Of a stretch of DNA of 38,086 nucleotides, positions 18,950-27,887 are shown piece by piece. Every line of letters begins with the position of its first letter. Position 1 is the stretch's first letter. The notes below the pieces were generated by a model, which was given only the letters and a program-made list of their open reading frames with translations, ran no database searches and was not told where the DNA came from. A program made the position numbers and the translations under genes. Source of the DNA: a virus (taxonomy: Duplodnaviria > Heunggongvirae > Uroviricota > Caudoviricetes); the IMG/VR virus record IMGVR_UViG_2684622669_000016, positions 1 through 38,086 of that record; one strand, written 5' to 3'.

Positions 18950-19600
18950 TCAGCGGCTGTCATTGCGCAGTCTGCGCTCCAGCTGCTGTTTGTCTTTTTT
19001 CACGCCACAGCGGGGATCGAGCTGTAACGCATGGTTGAGATGATTAAGGGCAGACGCCGGATTGCTTTCACTCAGGACCGCGCCAATCGCTTTATGCAGA
19101 CGCGCCCGTGACTGGTCCGGCATATCCAGACCGTCTGTCAGCTCCAGCGTCTGCAGCAACAGATCGGCATCAAAGCCGGTGGTGGCAAGCATTGCGCTCT
19201 GCGCGGCGTCTGCCATTTCCTCTGCCAGCACGGTCTGCACGTTGCGGTTACCCAGCGGCATCACCCAGCCATGACGCAGGGCATGACGCCCGATCTCCAG
19301 CGCTCCGGCATAATCTCCGGCATCAATGCGCCACAGCATCACGTACATCAGCACGTCATCCTGTTGAGCGCCTCCGGCAGCCAGGACACCCTCTGCCCAG
19401 GCGGCGTACTTCGGCAGCAGCTCCACCTTGATTTCCGCTTTTTTGACCGTGGACTGAACGCCCTTGAGACGGCGGCGGTCTTCCGCCAGTTGCAGCAGCA
19501 TCAGGTCATAGCCCGATGCGTGGCGAACACTGCCGCCCTCGCGGGCGGCCTGTTCAGCCTGAACGCGCAGGCGATGCTGCCGTGCGGGACTCAGGCTCAT
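18950..19600 (-). CDS. M: terminase small (endonuclease) subunit M
   Basis: 216 aa; position between L and N as in P2. Confidence 0.85.
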   Translation of the reverse strand: MSLSPARQHRLRVQAEQAAREGGSVRHASGYDLMLLQLAEDRRRLKGVQSTVKKAEIKVELLPKYAAWAEGVLAAGGAQQDDVLMYVMLWRIDAGDYAGALEIGRHALRHGWVMPLGNRNVQTVLAEEMADAAQSAMLATTGFDADLLLQTLELTDGLDMPDQSRARLHKAIGAVLSESNPASALNHLNHALQLDPRCGVKKDKQQLERRLRNDSR

Positions 19601-19603
19601 GGA

Positions 19604-20662
19604 TTACGCTCCGGTTTCGGCTGCGGCGGCGCTGAAATCACCAATCTGGATGTTTTCCACCAGTGCGGCGCAGCGGTAGTCCTCAACCACATAGGCTTCG
19701 TTAACGGATTCAAAGTTTTCAATCCGGTCACGTTTCGGGTTGTCGATAACTGAACGGCGGCGGGTGTCTTCCTGCCAGTAGATGGACAGGTTATCCAGAC
19801 GGGTGATCAGCAGCGCATTCGGCGGGAAGAACGGCGCACGCACGGCCTGCAGGCCACCCATGCGTTTCTGACTGATGATCATATCGGCAGCCAGTTTTTC
19901 ACTGTTTTCCTGCTCTTTGTTGACCAGCGGGAAATACTTGTCAGACAGCAGTTCACGACCGCAAATCACCACCAGATCGTCATCGTCCTGATAGACCACA
20001 TCGATAAGCTCATTAACGGCATCCATCACCACGGCGTCCAGGTTGGCATATTCGCCACCTTTCCCGACTTTCACCGCACCCGGTGTGGTTTCACCGCCCG
20101 TGGTGGTGCTGCCCATGACGTGATCCGGTGCATCCTCACGGATTTTCTGCAACCAGCCTTTATTCACATCCTGCAGTAACGGGTTTTCGCTACGGTTGGA
20201 GGTTTTCGCACGCTTCACGCCGTTAAAGCCGATCATGATGCGGTCCAGTGCCTGACGTTTCACGATGGCGTCACGGATACGCACCTGAAAATCCTGAAAC
20301 TTCGCCCACAGGTCCAGCTTCGCGTAGGTCAGTACCGTGTCAAAGTTGGTCTGCTCGCATTTATATTCCACATCGACCATCAGCGTCGGATCGACAGGTT
20401 CACGCTCTTTCGCGGTAGTATCAGTGGTTCCGGCAATGGTGCTGCCAACTCCCAACCCCAGCAGCTGACCGGACTGCTCAGTCACTGGCGTGACGTTAAT
20501 CAGCGTCAGGAAAGCGGCGGACTGCTGGATCTGGTCTTCCAATGTCTGCTGCACGGACGGCTCTACGGTGAACTTGCTGGACAGTTCTTCAACTGCCACA
20601 CCGTTCAGACGCGCCAGTTGCTGCAGGTAAGCGTTAAAAGCAAAGCGGGTATTCTTCTTCAT
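19604..20662 (-). CDS. N: major capsid protein N
   Basis: 352 aa; size and position as P2 gpN. Confidence 0.9.
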   Translation of the reverse strand: MKKNTRFAFNAYLQQLARLNGVAVEELSSKFTVEPSVQQTLEDQIQQSAAFLTLINVTPVTEQSGQLLGLGVGSTIAGTTDTTAKEREPVDPTLMVDVEYKCEQTNFDTVLTYAKLDLWAKFQDFQVRIRDAIVKRQALDRIMIGFNGVKRAKTSNRSENPLLQDVNKGWLQKIREDAPDHVMGSTTTGGETTPGAVKVGKGGEYANLDAVVMDAVNELIDVVYQDDDDLVVICGRELLSDKYFPLVNKEQENSEKLAADMIISQKRMGGLQAVRAPFFPPNALLITRLDNLSIYWQEDTRRRSVIDNPKRDRIENFESVNEAYVVEDYRCAALVENIQIGDFSAAAAETGA

Positions 20663-20678
20663 CAGGTTTTGTGCTCCA

Positions 20679-21512
20679 TCAGCAATTGGTCAGAGTGTCA
20701 GCGGGGGCGTTACCGCCTGTTGCACGCTGGCGGTAGTCCTGGCGGCTGTCTTCATGGCTCAGCTTGTCCACCAGTTCGTTAAAGGCGGTCTGCTGTGCCT
20801 GCAGGGCAGTCTCCAGCTCAGACAGGCGTTCTTCCTGCTCAGACAGGGATTTTTCGGTGCGCGCACTCAGGTTCTGCTGCTCAGTGGCGACCAGTTCCAC
20901 GGCCTTATGCACATCAGAGAACCGGGCGTCATCGGACTGCTCTTTTTTGGTGAACAGCGCCGTGACACGGGCAAACAGGGACGGCTTGTCCTCCTGGATT
21001 TCTTCCAGTTCGATCACCGTTTCCTCTGCGGCGGTAAAGAGATTGGCGGGATTCTGCTTGCGGTTTGCCAGCGGGTTATGGGCTGCACTGGCGCTGAATG
21101 TCAGCATTTCCGTACCCAGACTGGCGGGATCATCAGTGGCAGCCAGACCGACCAGATAGGCTTTGCCCGTATCAGCAAACTTCGGGCTGACTTCCATAGA
21201 GGTGAATAATTTCTGGCCTTTTTTCACCAGTTCCACCAGAGATTCCGTTGGCTCAACGTCGGCATACAGCGCCATCTTGCCTGCCAGCGGACCTTCCGTG
21301 ATTTCTTCAGCAAACAGCGCCGTCACCTTGCCGTAGCGGTTAAAGGTGCTGTCCGGCAGATAAGACTTGATGTGCTCAAGGTTAATCAGCGCGGTATACA
21401 CCGCCGGGTTGTAGCTGGCTGCCATCTGTTCCAGCCATTCACGCTGGATTTCGCGTCCGTCGGTGGTGGCACCTTCCACCCCGATGCGAAAACGCTTTGC
21501 TTTCACTGTCAT
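20679..21512 (-). CDS. O: capsid scaffolding protein O
   Basis: 277 aa, acidic with coiled-coil character; first gene of the O-N-M-L operon. Confidence 0.85.
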   Translation of the reverse strand: MTVKAKRFRIGVEGATTDGREIQREWLEQMAASYNPAVYTALINLEHIKSYLPDSTFNRYGKVTALFAEEITEGPLAGKMALYADVEPTESLVELVKKGQKLFTSMEVSPKFADTGKAYLVGLAATDDPASLGTEMLTFSASAAHNPLANRKQNPANLFTAAEETVIELEEIQEDKPSLFARVTALFTKKEQSDDARFSDVHKAVELVATEQQNLSARTEKSLSEQEERLSELETALQAQQTAFNELVDKLSHEDSRQDYRQRATGGNAPADTLTNC

Positions 21513-21590
21513 GAGCCGTGCTCCGTTAGAAAAAACTTACTGGAGCCTTATGGTTGCGGTGATGGGGGCAGTGAAACAATGCTCGGTATT

Positions 21591-21608
21591 TGTACCGATA
21601 ACCACACA
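21591..21608. promoter_or_regulatory. late-promoter activator dyad (TGT-N12-ACA) in the divergent O/P region
   Basis: tgtaccgataaccacaca, 15/18 identical to the FI-operon box; lies between the O start (21512) and P start (21655). Confidence 0.5.
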
Positions 21609-21654
21609 AACCGCAGGCGGGGAAAGCCTTCATTCAAGGCTGTAGGTTTGTGCC

Positions 21655-23421
21655 ATGAACACCACACTGACCCCCGCAGATCTCGATCCCCGTAGGCAGG
21701 CCATGCTGCTGTACTTTCAGGGATACCGCGTAGCCCGCATTGCTGAAATGCTGGGCGAGAAAGTTGCAACCGTTCACAGCTGGAAGAAACGCGACAAGTG
21801 GGGTGACTATGGGCCGCTGGATCAGATGCAGCTCACCACCGCCGCCCGCTACTGCCAGCTCATTATGAAGGAGCACAAAGAAGGGAAAGATTTCAAAGAG
21901 ATTGACCTGCTGGCGCGCCAGTCGGAGCGCCATGCACGGATCGGCAAGTTTAACAATGGCGGCAACGAAGCCGACTTAAACCCTAACGTCGCCAACCGCA
22001 ACAAAGGCCCGCGTCGTCAGCCGGAAAAGAACGTTTTCACCGATGAACAGATTGAGAAGCTGGAAGAAATCTTCCATTCCTCCATGTTCAACTACCAGCG
22101 CCACTGGTGGGAAGCCGGAAAAACCAACCGCATCCGCAACCTGCTGAAGTCACGCCAGATCGGCGCGACCTTTTACTTTGCCCGTGAAGCCCTGATTGAC
22201 GCCCTGCTTACTGGACGTAACCAGATTTTCCTTTCTGCCAGTAAGGCACAGGCTCACGTCTTTAAGCAGTACATCATCGACTTCGCCAAAGAAGTGGAGG
22301 TGGAGCTGAAAGGCGATCCGATGGTGCTTCCCAACGGGGCCACACTGTATTTCCTCGGCACCAATGCCCGCACGGCCCAGAGTTACCACGGCAACCTTTA
22401 TCTGGATGAATATTTCTGGATACCGAAATTCCAGGAGCTGCGCAAAGTGGCTTCCGGTATGGCTATTCACAAGAAATGGCGACAGACCTATTTTTCCACG
22501 CCATCCAGCCTGACCCACAGTGCTTATCCGTTCTGGTCCGGTGCTCTGTTCAACCGTGGGCGCAACAAAGCCGACAAGGTGGACATCGACCTGTCCCACA
22601 GCAATCTGGCTCCCGGCCTGCTGTGTGCAGACGGGCAATACCGCCAGATAGTCACCGTGGAAGATGCGGTGCGCGGCGGCTGTAACCTGTTCGACCTTGA
22701 CCAGTTACGTATGGAATACAGCCCGGACGAATACCAGAACCTGCTGATGTGTGAGTTCGTGGACGATCTCGCGTCCGTGTTCCCGCTCAGCGAGCTGCAG
22801 GCGTGCATGGTGGACAGCTGGGAAGTCTGGACCGACTTTCATGCACTGGCGCTGCGCCCGTTTGGCTGGCGCGAAGTGTGGATCGGTTATGACCCGGCAA
22901 AAGGTACGCAGAACGGCGACAGTGCCGGATGCGTGGTGGTGGCACCGCCAGCCGTGCCGGGTGGTAAGTTCCGCATTCTTGAGCGTCACCAGTGGCGCGG
23001 GATGGACTTCCGCGCCCAGGCTGACGCCATCAAAAAACTGACCGAGCAGTACAACGTGACCTACATCGGCATCGACTCGACAGGTGTCGGCCACGGGGTT
23101 TACGAGAACGTGAAAGCGTTTTTTCCAGCCGTCCGGGAGTTTGTCTACAACCCCAACGTTAAAAACGCCCTGGTACTCAAGGCCTACGACATTATCAGTC
23201 ACCGTCGTCTGGAGTTTGACGCCGGACACACCGACATAGCGCAGTCATTTATGGCAATCCGTCGTGCCACCACCGCCAGCGGCAACCGCCCGACCTATGA
23301 AGCCAGCCGCAGCGAAGAAGCCAGCCATGCCGATCTGGCCTGGGCAACAATGCACGCACTGTTTAACGAACCGCTGCAGGGCGAGTCCGCCAATACCAGC
23401 AATATTGTGGAGATTTTTTGA
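21655..23421 (+). CDS. P: terminase large (ATPase) subunit P
   Basis: 588 aa; size and position as P2 gpP; transcribed divergently from O. Confidence 0.9.
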   Translation: MNTTLTPADLDPRRQAMLLYFQGYRVARIAEMLGEKVATVHSWKKRDKWGDYGPLDQMQLTTAARYCQLIMKEHKEGKDFKEIDLLARQSERHARIGKFNNGGNEADLNPNVANRNKGPRRQPEKNVFTDEQIEKLEEIFHSSMFNYQRHWWEAGKTNRIRNLLKSRQIGATFYFAREALIDALLTGRNQIFLSASKAQAHVFKQYIIDFAKEVEVELKGDPMVLPNGATLYFLGTNARTAQSYHGNLYLDEYFWIPKFQELRKVASGMAIHKKWRQTYFSTPSSLTHSAYPFWSGALFNRGRNKADKVDIDLSHSNLAPGLLCADGQYRQIVTVEDAVRGGCNLFDLDQLRMEYSPDEYQNLLMCEFVDDLASVFPLSELQACMVDSWEVWTDFHALALRPFGWREVWIGYDPAKGTQNGDSAGCVVVAPPAVPGGKFRILERHQWRGMDFRAQADAIKKLTEQYNVTYIGIDSTGVGHGVYENVKAFFPAVREFVYNPNVKNALVLKAYDIISHRRLEFDAGHTDIAQSFMAIRRATTASGNRPTYEASRSEEASHADLAWATMHALFNEPLQGESANTSNIVEIF

Positions 23422-24449
23422 TGGGAAAGAGTAAGAAGAACCGCGCTGCGTCGACGAAACAGATCCAGCATAAAAGCCAGACTTCAGCTGAAGCATTCAG
23501 CTTCGGTGATCCCGTTCCTGTTCTGGACCGCCGCGAACTGCTGGACTATGTGGAATGCGTACAGATGGATCGTTGGTATGAGCCGCCTGTGAGTTTCGAC
23601 GGACTGGCGCGAACCTTCCGCGCCGCCGTGCATCACAGCTCACCGATTGCAGTGAAGTGCAACATTCTGACCAGCACCTACATCCCTCACCCGCTGCTCA
23701 GCCAGCAGGCTTTTTCGCGCTTTGTGCAGGACTATCTGGTTTTTGGTAACGCCTACCTGGAGAAACGCACGAACCGCTTCGGTGAAGTTATCGCCCTTGA
23801 GCCTGCTCTGGCAAAATACACCCGACGCGGGTTAGACCTGGATACCTACTGGTTTGTGCAATACGGTATGACAACCCAGCCGTATCAGTTCACGAAAGGC
23901 AGCATTTTTCATCTGATGGAACCGGACATCAACCAGGAGATCTACGGCCTGCCCGGTTATCTTTCTGCCATTCCGTCAGCCCTGCTCAACGAGTCCGCCA
24001 CGCTGTTCCGCCGTAAGTATTACATCAACGGCAGCCATGCAGGCTTCATCATGTACATGACCGATGCCGCGCAGAACCAGGAGGACGTGAACAACCTCCG
24101 CAATGCGATGAAAAGCGCCAAAGGCCCTGGCAACTTCCGCAACCTGTTTATGTACTCGCCTAACGGCAAAAAGGACGGGCTTCAGATTATTCCTCTGTCA
24201 GAAGTCGCGGCAAAGGATGAATTTTTGAATATCAAGAACGTGAGCCGGGATGACATGATGGCAGCACACCGAGTGCCGCCGCAAATGATGGGGATAATGC
24301 CGAATAATGTTGGGGGATTTGGGGATGTGGAGAAGGCTAGTAAGGTTTTTATGCGTAATGAATTGATACCGCTACAAAACAGAATAGAAGAACTCAATAA
24401 ATGGCTCAAAGATGACATAATAAAATTCATGCCATACAGTTTCATATAA
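23418..24449 (+). CDS. Q: portal protein Q
   Basis: 343 aa; size and position as P2 gpQ; start overlaps the P stop. Confidence 0.9.
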   Translation: MMGKSKKNRAASTKQIQHKSQTSAEAFSFGDPVPVLDRRELLDYVECVQMDRWYEPPVSFDGLARTFRAAVHHSSPIAVKCNILTSTYIPHPLLSQQAFSRFVQDYLVFGNAYLEKRTNRFGEVIALEPALAKYTRRGLDLDTYWFVQYGMTTQPYQFTKGSIFHLMEPDINQEIYGLPGYLSAIPSALLNESATLFRRKYYINGSHAGFIMYMTDAAQNQEDVNNLRNAMKSAKGPGNFRNLFMYSPNGKKDGLQIIPLSEVAAKDEFLNIKNVSRDDMMAAHRVPPQMMGIMPNNVGGFGDVEKASKVFMRNELIPLQNRIEELNKWLKDDIIKFMPYSFI

Positions 24450-24454
24450 AACTA

Positions 24455-24475
24455 AGGGCCGAATACCTCGGCCCT
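24455..24475. terminator. hairpin between convergent Q and the 557-aa cargo gene
   Basis: Stem agggccga (24455-24462) / tcggccct (24468-24475), 5-nt loop; T-rich on the minus-strand 3' side. Confidence 0.4.
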
Positions 24476-24480
24476 CTACA

Positions 24481-26154
24481 TTAAGATTTATGGCTAAAGA
24501 GTATACCTGTAACAGAACGTTGATAGGCATCAAGCTTCTCTTGCCTCTGCTTAAATTTAGATTTGATATCACTAATACTCGGAATACCTATTACTCCAAG
24601 GCCTGCACTTAACGCCGCTAAAGTAGTATTGCCAGTCAGCGCTCCAGCAATTGCTATAGCACCATTTGCGATACATGGTAGGACATCCAGTCCGTAAATT
24701 CTCAATTTCTCTTTTTGGGCTTTTGCAAGAATCCTTTGATGTTCAATAAAAGCCCGGTCTACATTATCAATTACTTTTTGCGTTGTCCTCGAAAAGCTCT
24801 CTGCCGAAGAATTGATTAAAGAGTCAACACCATTTGATAAGATGGATCTTACATCCTCCATCAATTTGTTACGTCTCAACTCAATTATTTTATTGACCGG
24901 TACATTTCCTAACCATGAAAAACCATCTTGCATACCAGCAGATAACGCATGAACCATATGCAAATTTTTTAGTTCAATATCATTGACATCAAAATTAAGA
25001 GATTCGTACTCAATAAGCCAAGTATAATAGAGCCAAGATGTGTCTGCATTTATATATGGAGTACTACCAAGTTCTTGTGCATTACATTTTGCTGAATAGG
25101 CTTGCGGCATTCTTCCAATGCAGGAAAGGAAAACCTCCATTCCAGCATGATCACCAACAACATTACGTGATATTCTTTTTTTATCAGATAGTAGTTTTTC
25201 TAATTGAGTTTTTGGATTTAGCCCCCATGCTGTATCAAAAATAAGTCTATCTGCTCTCTTAATATTTTTAAGAACAGCATCAATATCATTCATCGAATAA
25301 CTAAAATCTTGAAATTCATCGTAGCTTTCGAACCGTCGATCATAGAGATATTGCGCATGAGTCAGAGCATAAGGCTCACAAAAACTCATCAAATTTTTTT
25401 TGCTCTCAGTTTCAAAATCTCTTCTATCCGGCAAAATTAATACTATTGCTGGCTCTATATCTTCAAGCGCTACTTCTTTATATGTCATACATGTTAGGAC
25501 ATGCTTCAGAAGTATCCTTGTAAACTCAGCCTTATCTGACTTTTCATAGAGACGACCGACTCTTAATATAGGACATGGAAGTGAAATAGTATCAACATAC
25601 AACCCTGCAATAGAGACAGCATTCTCATCAAATGCAGGAAATAAGTCACCAGAAAAATTAGCTTTAAACTGAGAACCATCCTGCAAATGTATTACACCAA
25701 TATCGGATGTTACCTGCCAAAACTCTATTACCTGATTATATAACTCAGGAAAAATATCTTCTATTTGCTTAACATATTCTTCTTGTTGAGAAAAAAAACT
25801 TGATGCTTTATGTGGCGTTGCATTAGTTTTTTTCATCAGATAAAACAACTCGCCAAAATTACTAAAAAGAATATTAAAGTAAGAACTTTGCAAGTCCTGA
25901 ATAGAGTATTTGTTTTTTATATCTTCTCTTTCTAAAAAGTGATTAACCGCTGCTCCCATAGCCCTTATTCTGCCATCAACAGTAGAAGGGTCAACTTTAC
26001 CATCCTGTCGCAGCCTTATTCTTTTAAAACTTTCAATAAAACCTTCTACAAGATGATGAGCTATTTTTAGTTTTCCCGCTTCCAGTTGTTGCTTAATGAG
26101 AAAAACACGCTCAGTTAAATCGTCTACATATTCCTCATCTTGATATTTTTCCAT
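24481..26154 (-). CDS. 557-aa protein of unknown function, AT-rich cargo gene (candidate anti-phage / exclusion gene)
   Basis: Long uninterrupted ORF, visibly AT-rich against the GC-rich structural genes; no recognisable motif by eye; C-terminal Gly/Ala-rich hydrophobic stretch. Confidence 0.8.
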   Translation of the reverse strand: MEKYQDEEYVDDLTERVFLIKQQLEAGKLKIAHHLVEGFIESFKRIRLRQDGKVDPSTVDGRIRAMGAAVNHFLEREDIKNKYSIQDLQSSYFNILFSNFGELFYLMKKTNATPHKASSFFSQQEEYVKQIEDIFPELYNQVIEFWQVTSDIGVIHLQDGSQFKANFSGDLFPAFDENAVSIAGLYVDTISLPCPILRVGRLYEKSDKAEFTRILLKHVLTCMTYKEVALEDIEPAIVLILPDRRDFETESKKNLMSFCEPYALTHAQYLYDRRFESYDEFQDFSYSMNDIDAVLKNIKRADRLIFDTAWGLNPKTQLEKLLSDKKRISRNVVGDHAGMEVFLSCIGRMPQAYSAKCNAQELGSTPYINADTSWLYYTWLIEYESLNFDVNDIELKNLHMVHALSAGMQDGFSWLGNVPVNKIIELRRNKLMEDVRSILSNGVDSLINSSAESFSRTTQKVIDNVDRAFIEHQRILAKAQKEKLRIYGLDVLPCIANGAIAIAGALTGNTTLAALSAGLGVIGIPSISDIKSKFKQRQEKLDAYQRSVTGILFSHKS

Positions 26155-26255
26155 AAACGCTCCATTAAAATATTTAATAATGCATATAAGAATAGTTAAT
26201 AATATTTACAGTAACTATATCACATTAGATCCAGATTGTTACACTGTTGCGCGCG

Positions 26256-26274
26256 CTCGTATCCCCGCCACGCC
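26256..26274 (-). other. candidate cos cohesive-end site
   Basis: Minus strand reads GGCGTGGCGGGGATACGAG, about 15/19 identical to the 186 cohesive end as recalled (GGCGTGGCGGGGAAAGCAT). Confidence 0.5.
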
Positions 26275-26544
26275 TGCCCGCTTTATGTAGTGGTTTTCAT
26301 GCACCTGCATGCTCTACGCAAAAGCCCGCCAGTTCTGGTGGGCCTTAGCAATAACGATCCTCAAACGATCATGCAATCTCATGCAGTATAGGCATGCACA
26401 ACAACTTACCTTAAGAAAAAACATCTGATATGCCCAACTGTTTCGTCTCTTTTCCAGTAGCTTGCTATGGCTTATCTTTAATGCAACTGTAATCGTGTAT
26501 GAAGATACAATCCCTACCAATCATAAAAATGAGGAACACAAAGA

Positions 26545-27285
26545 ATGACTGTGCACAAGCTCTCTGGTGCGTTTTTCCACGATATGCAGGTTGAGTGGCC
26601 CTGCCCTAACTGCAATCAGAAAACCCTACAGATCATTAAAGAAAGTTTCGTCTCGTATGACACACATGATACCCGAAAATTCCGCAGTGAAGATTGGTTT
26701 GAACCAGAAATGGATTCATCTATTTTCAGTTGCATGGCCCGCTGTTCAAGAATGCAATGTGGTGAAGTTGTGGCCTGTACTGGTAAGAGTGGATGGGAAC
26801 AAGGTTGGGATGAAGAAAGAAATGATATTGAGTACTATCAATGGCACAGACCTTTCACCTTTTACCCATCACTGCATCCTTTCGAAATACCTGAAAAATG
26901 CCCAGAAGAAATTACCGAACCGCTTGAAGCCTCATTTTCCATTTTCCTAATACAGCCTGGCGCAGCAGCAAACCTAATTCGAATTTCAGTTGAAAGAATG
27001 CTAACCGCTATGGATGTAGCTGAACGTAATGATAATGGCAAACGCATAACTCTACACCACCGTTTAGGGATGCTACCTGAATTATACGGATCGTTTTCAA
27101 GACCTCTTATGGCAATTAAATTTTTAGGAAATGCCGGAAGCCATACCTACGATGAAGTAAAAGTCAAAGACATTGAGGATGCTTTTGAGATTATGGAGTA
27201 CGTCGTCAATGACTTGTTCTCCGGTCGCAAAGAATCTGTCGAAGTATTGACGAAACGATTAAGTGAAAAATTCAAAGAAAACTGA
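26545..27285 (+). CDS. 246-aa protein: N-terminal Cys-rich zinc-ribbon-like region plus C-terminal DUF4145/HEPN-like domain (candidate abortive-infection effector)
   Basis: Strong SD (tgagga) before the ATG; CPNC…C…CSRMQC cysteine cluster; C-terminal …RITLHHRLG…IKFLGNAGSHTYDE… resembles the DUF4145 signature as recalled; AT-rich. Confidence 0.8.
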   Translation: MTVHKLSGAFFHDMQVEWPCPNCNQKTLQIIKESFVSYDTHDTRKFRSEDWFEPEMDSSIFSCMARCSRMQCGEVVACTGKSGWEQGWDEERNDIEYYQWHRPFTFYPSLHPFEIPEKCPEEITEPLEASFSIFLIQPGAAANLIRISVERMLTAMDVAERNDNGKRITLHHRLGMLPELYGSFSRPLMAIKFLGNAGSHTYDEVKVKDIEDAFEIMEYVVNDLFSGRKESVEVLTKRLSEKFKEN

Positions 27286-27295
27286 TCAAGATACA

Positions 27296-27343
27296 GGTGG
27301 TTCACTTTTACGGGCAAAATAACCGCTTTACTTTTGAACCACC
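27296..27343. terminator. inverted repeat between the convergent 246-aa gene and the dinI-like gene (possible bidirectional terminator)
   Basis: 9-bp arms ggtggttca / tgaaccacc around a 30-nt loop. Confidence 0.3.
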
Positions 27344-27413
27344 TAACACCTCGCTACAATCGTTGTTCAGCCTTGCAGATGGTAAAAGCTAGTTTTATCA
27401 TCCGCAACGTTCT

Positions 27414-27647
27414 CTAATGCAGCCAGCTGTCGTCTTCCCACACCTTCTGCATAATTTTCATCACTTGTTTTCTTTCTTCGTCCAGTTGCAGTCCGGTCAG
27501 TTCCACACCGTTAGAGCTACCTTTGCGGATACGAATTACCGTTTTTGGATACAGGGGGCGCAGATTGCGGTAAAGCTCGGATTCAAGGGCATCCAGGATA
27601 GACTGGCTAATCTTCTGCTCTTTATCGATCATTATTTCAATGCGCAT
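27414..27647 (-). CDS. DinI-family protein (Tum C-terminal-domain-like)
   Basis: 77 aa from the ATG at 27647 (MRIEIMIDKEQKISQSILDALESELYRNL…WEDDSWL); matches the DinI fold pattern. Confidence 0.8.
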   Translation of the reverse strand: MRIEIMIDKEQKISQSILDALESELYRNLRPLYPKTVIRIRKGSSNGVELTGLQLDEERKQVMKIMQKVWEDDSWLH

Positions 27648-27657
27648 AAAAGTCACC

Positions 27658-27846
27658 TCAACTGATGACATCCATTGAGCGGTTGTATTCGTGGGTTCTG
27701 ATTTTTGCCATGAGTTCATCTGTTAGTTCAGAAACCCACTGCAAAGCCAGCCCCTTCTCTTCATCACTACACTCACTAGCCGCTACAAGCTTAAGAAAAA
27801 AATCAATGCGCTGGAGCTTCAAAGACTCCAAAAAATAGTCCTGCAT
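27658..27846 (-). CDS. 62-aa protein, first gene of the LexA-controlled operon (possible Tum N-terminal part)
   Basis: Strong SD (ggagg) before the ATG at 27846; LexA box and promoter directly upstream. Confidence 0.6.
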   Translation of the reverse strand: MQDYFLESLKLQRIDFFLKLVAASECSDEEKGLALQWVSELTDELMAKIRTHEYNRSMDVIS

Positions 27847-27887
27847 TTTTCCTCCTATGACACCACAAGCAATACTGTATGCATAAC

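Noticed and set aside
21615-21627. AGGCGGGGAAAGC considered as the actual cos site
   Set aside because: It sits in the divergent O/P promoter region in the middle of the packaging and capsid cluster, whereas P2-family cos lies beyond the portal gene; the 26256-26274 site has the better positional fit. Kept only as a curiosity.
22705-23229. 174-aa minus-strand ORF (and 22150-22638) inside the terminase gene P
   Set aside because: Lies fully within the well-supported P reading frame on the opposite strand; no independent start signals.
26314-26520. 68-aa minus-strand ORF in the cos-proximal intergenic region
   Set aside because: No ribosome-binding site, Cys-rich odd composition; lies in the region that more plausibly holds the cos flank and the promoter of the 246-aa gene.
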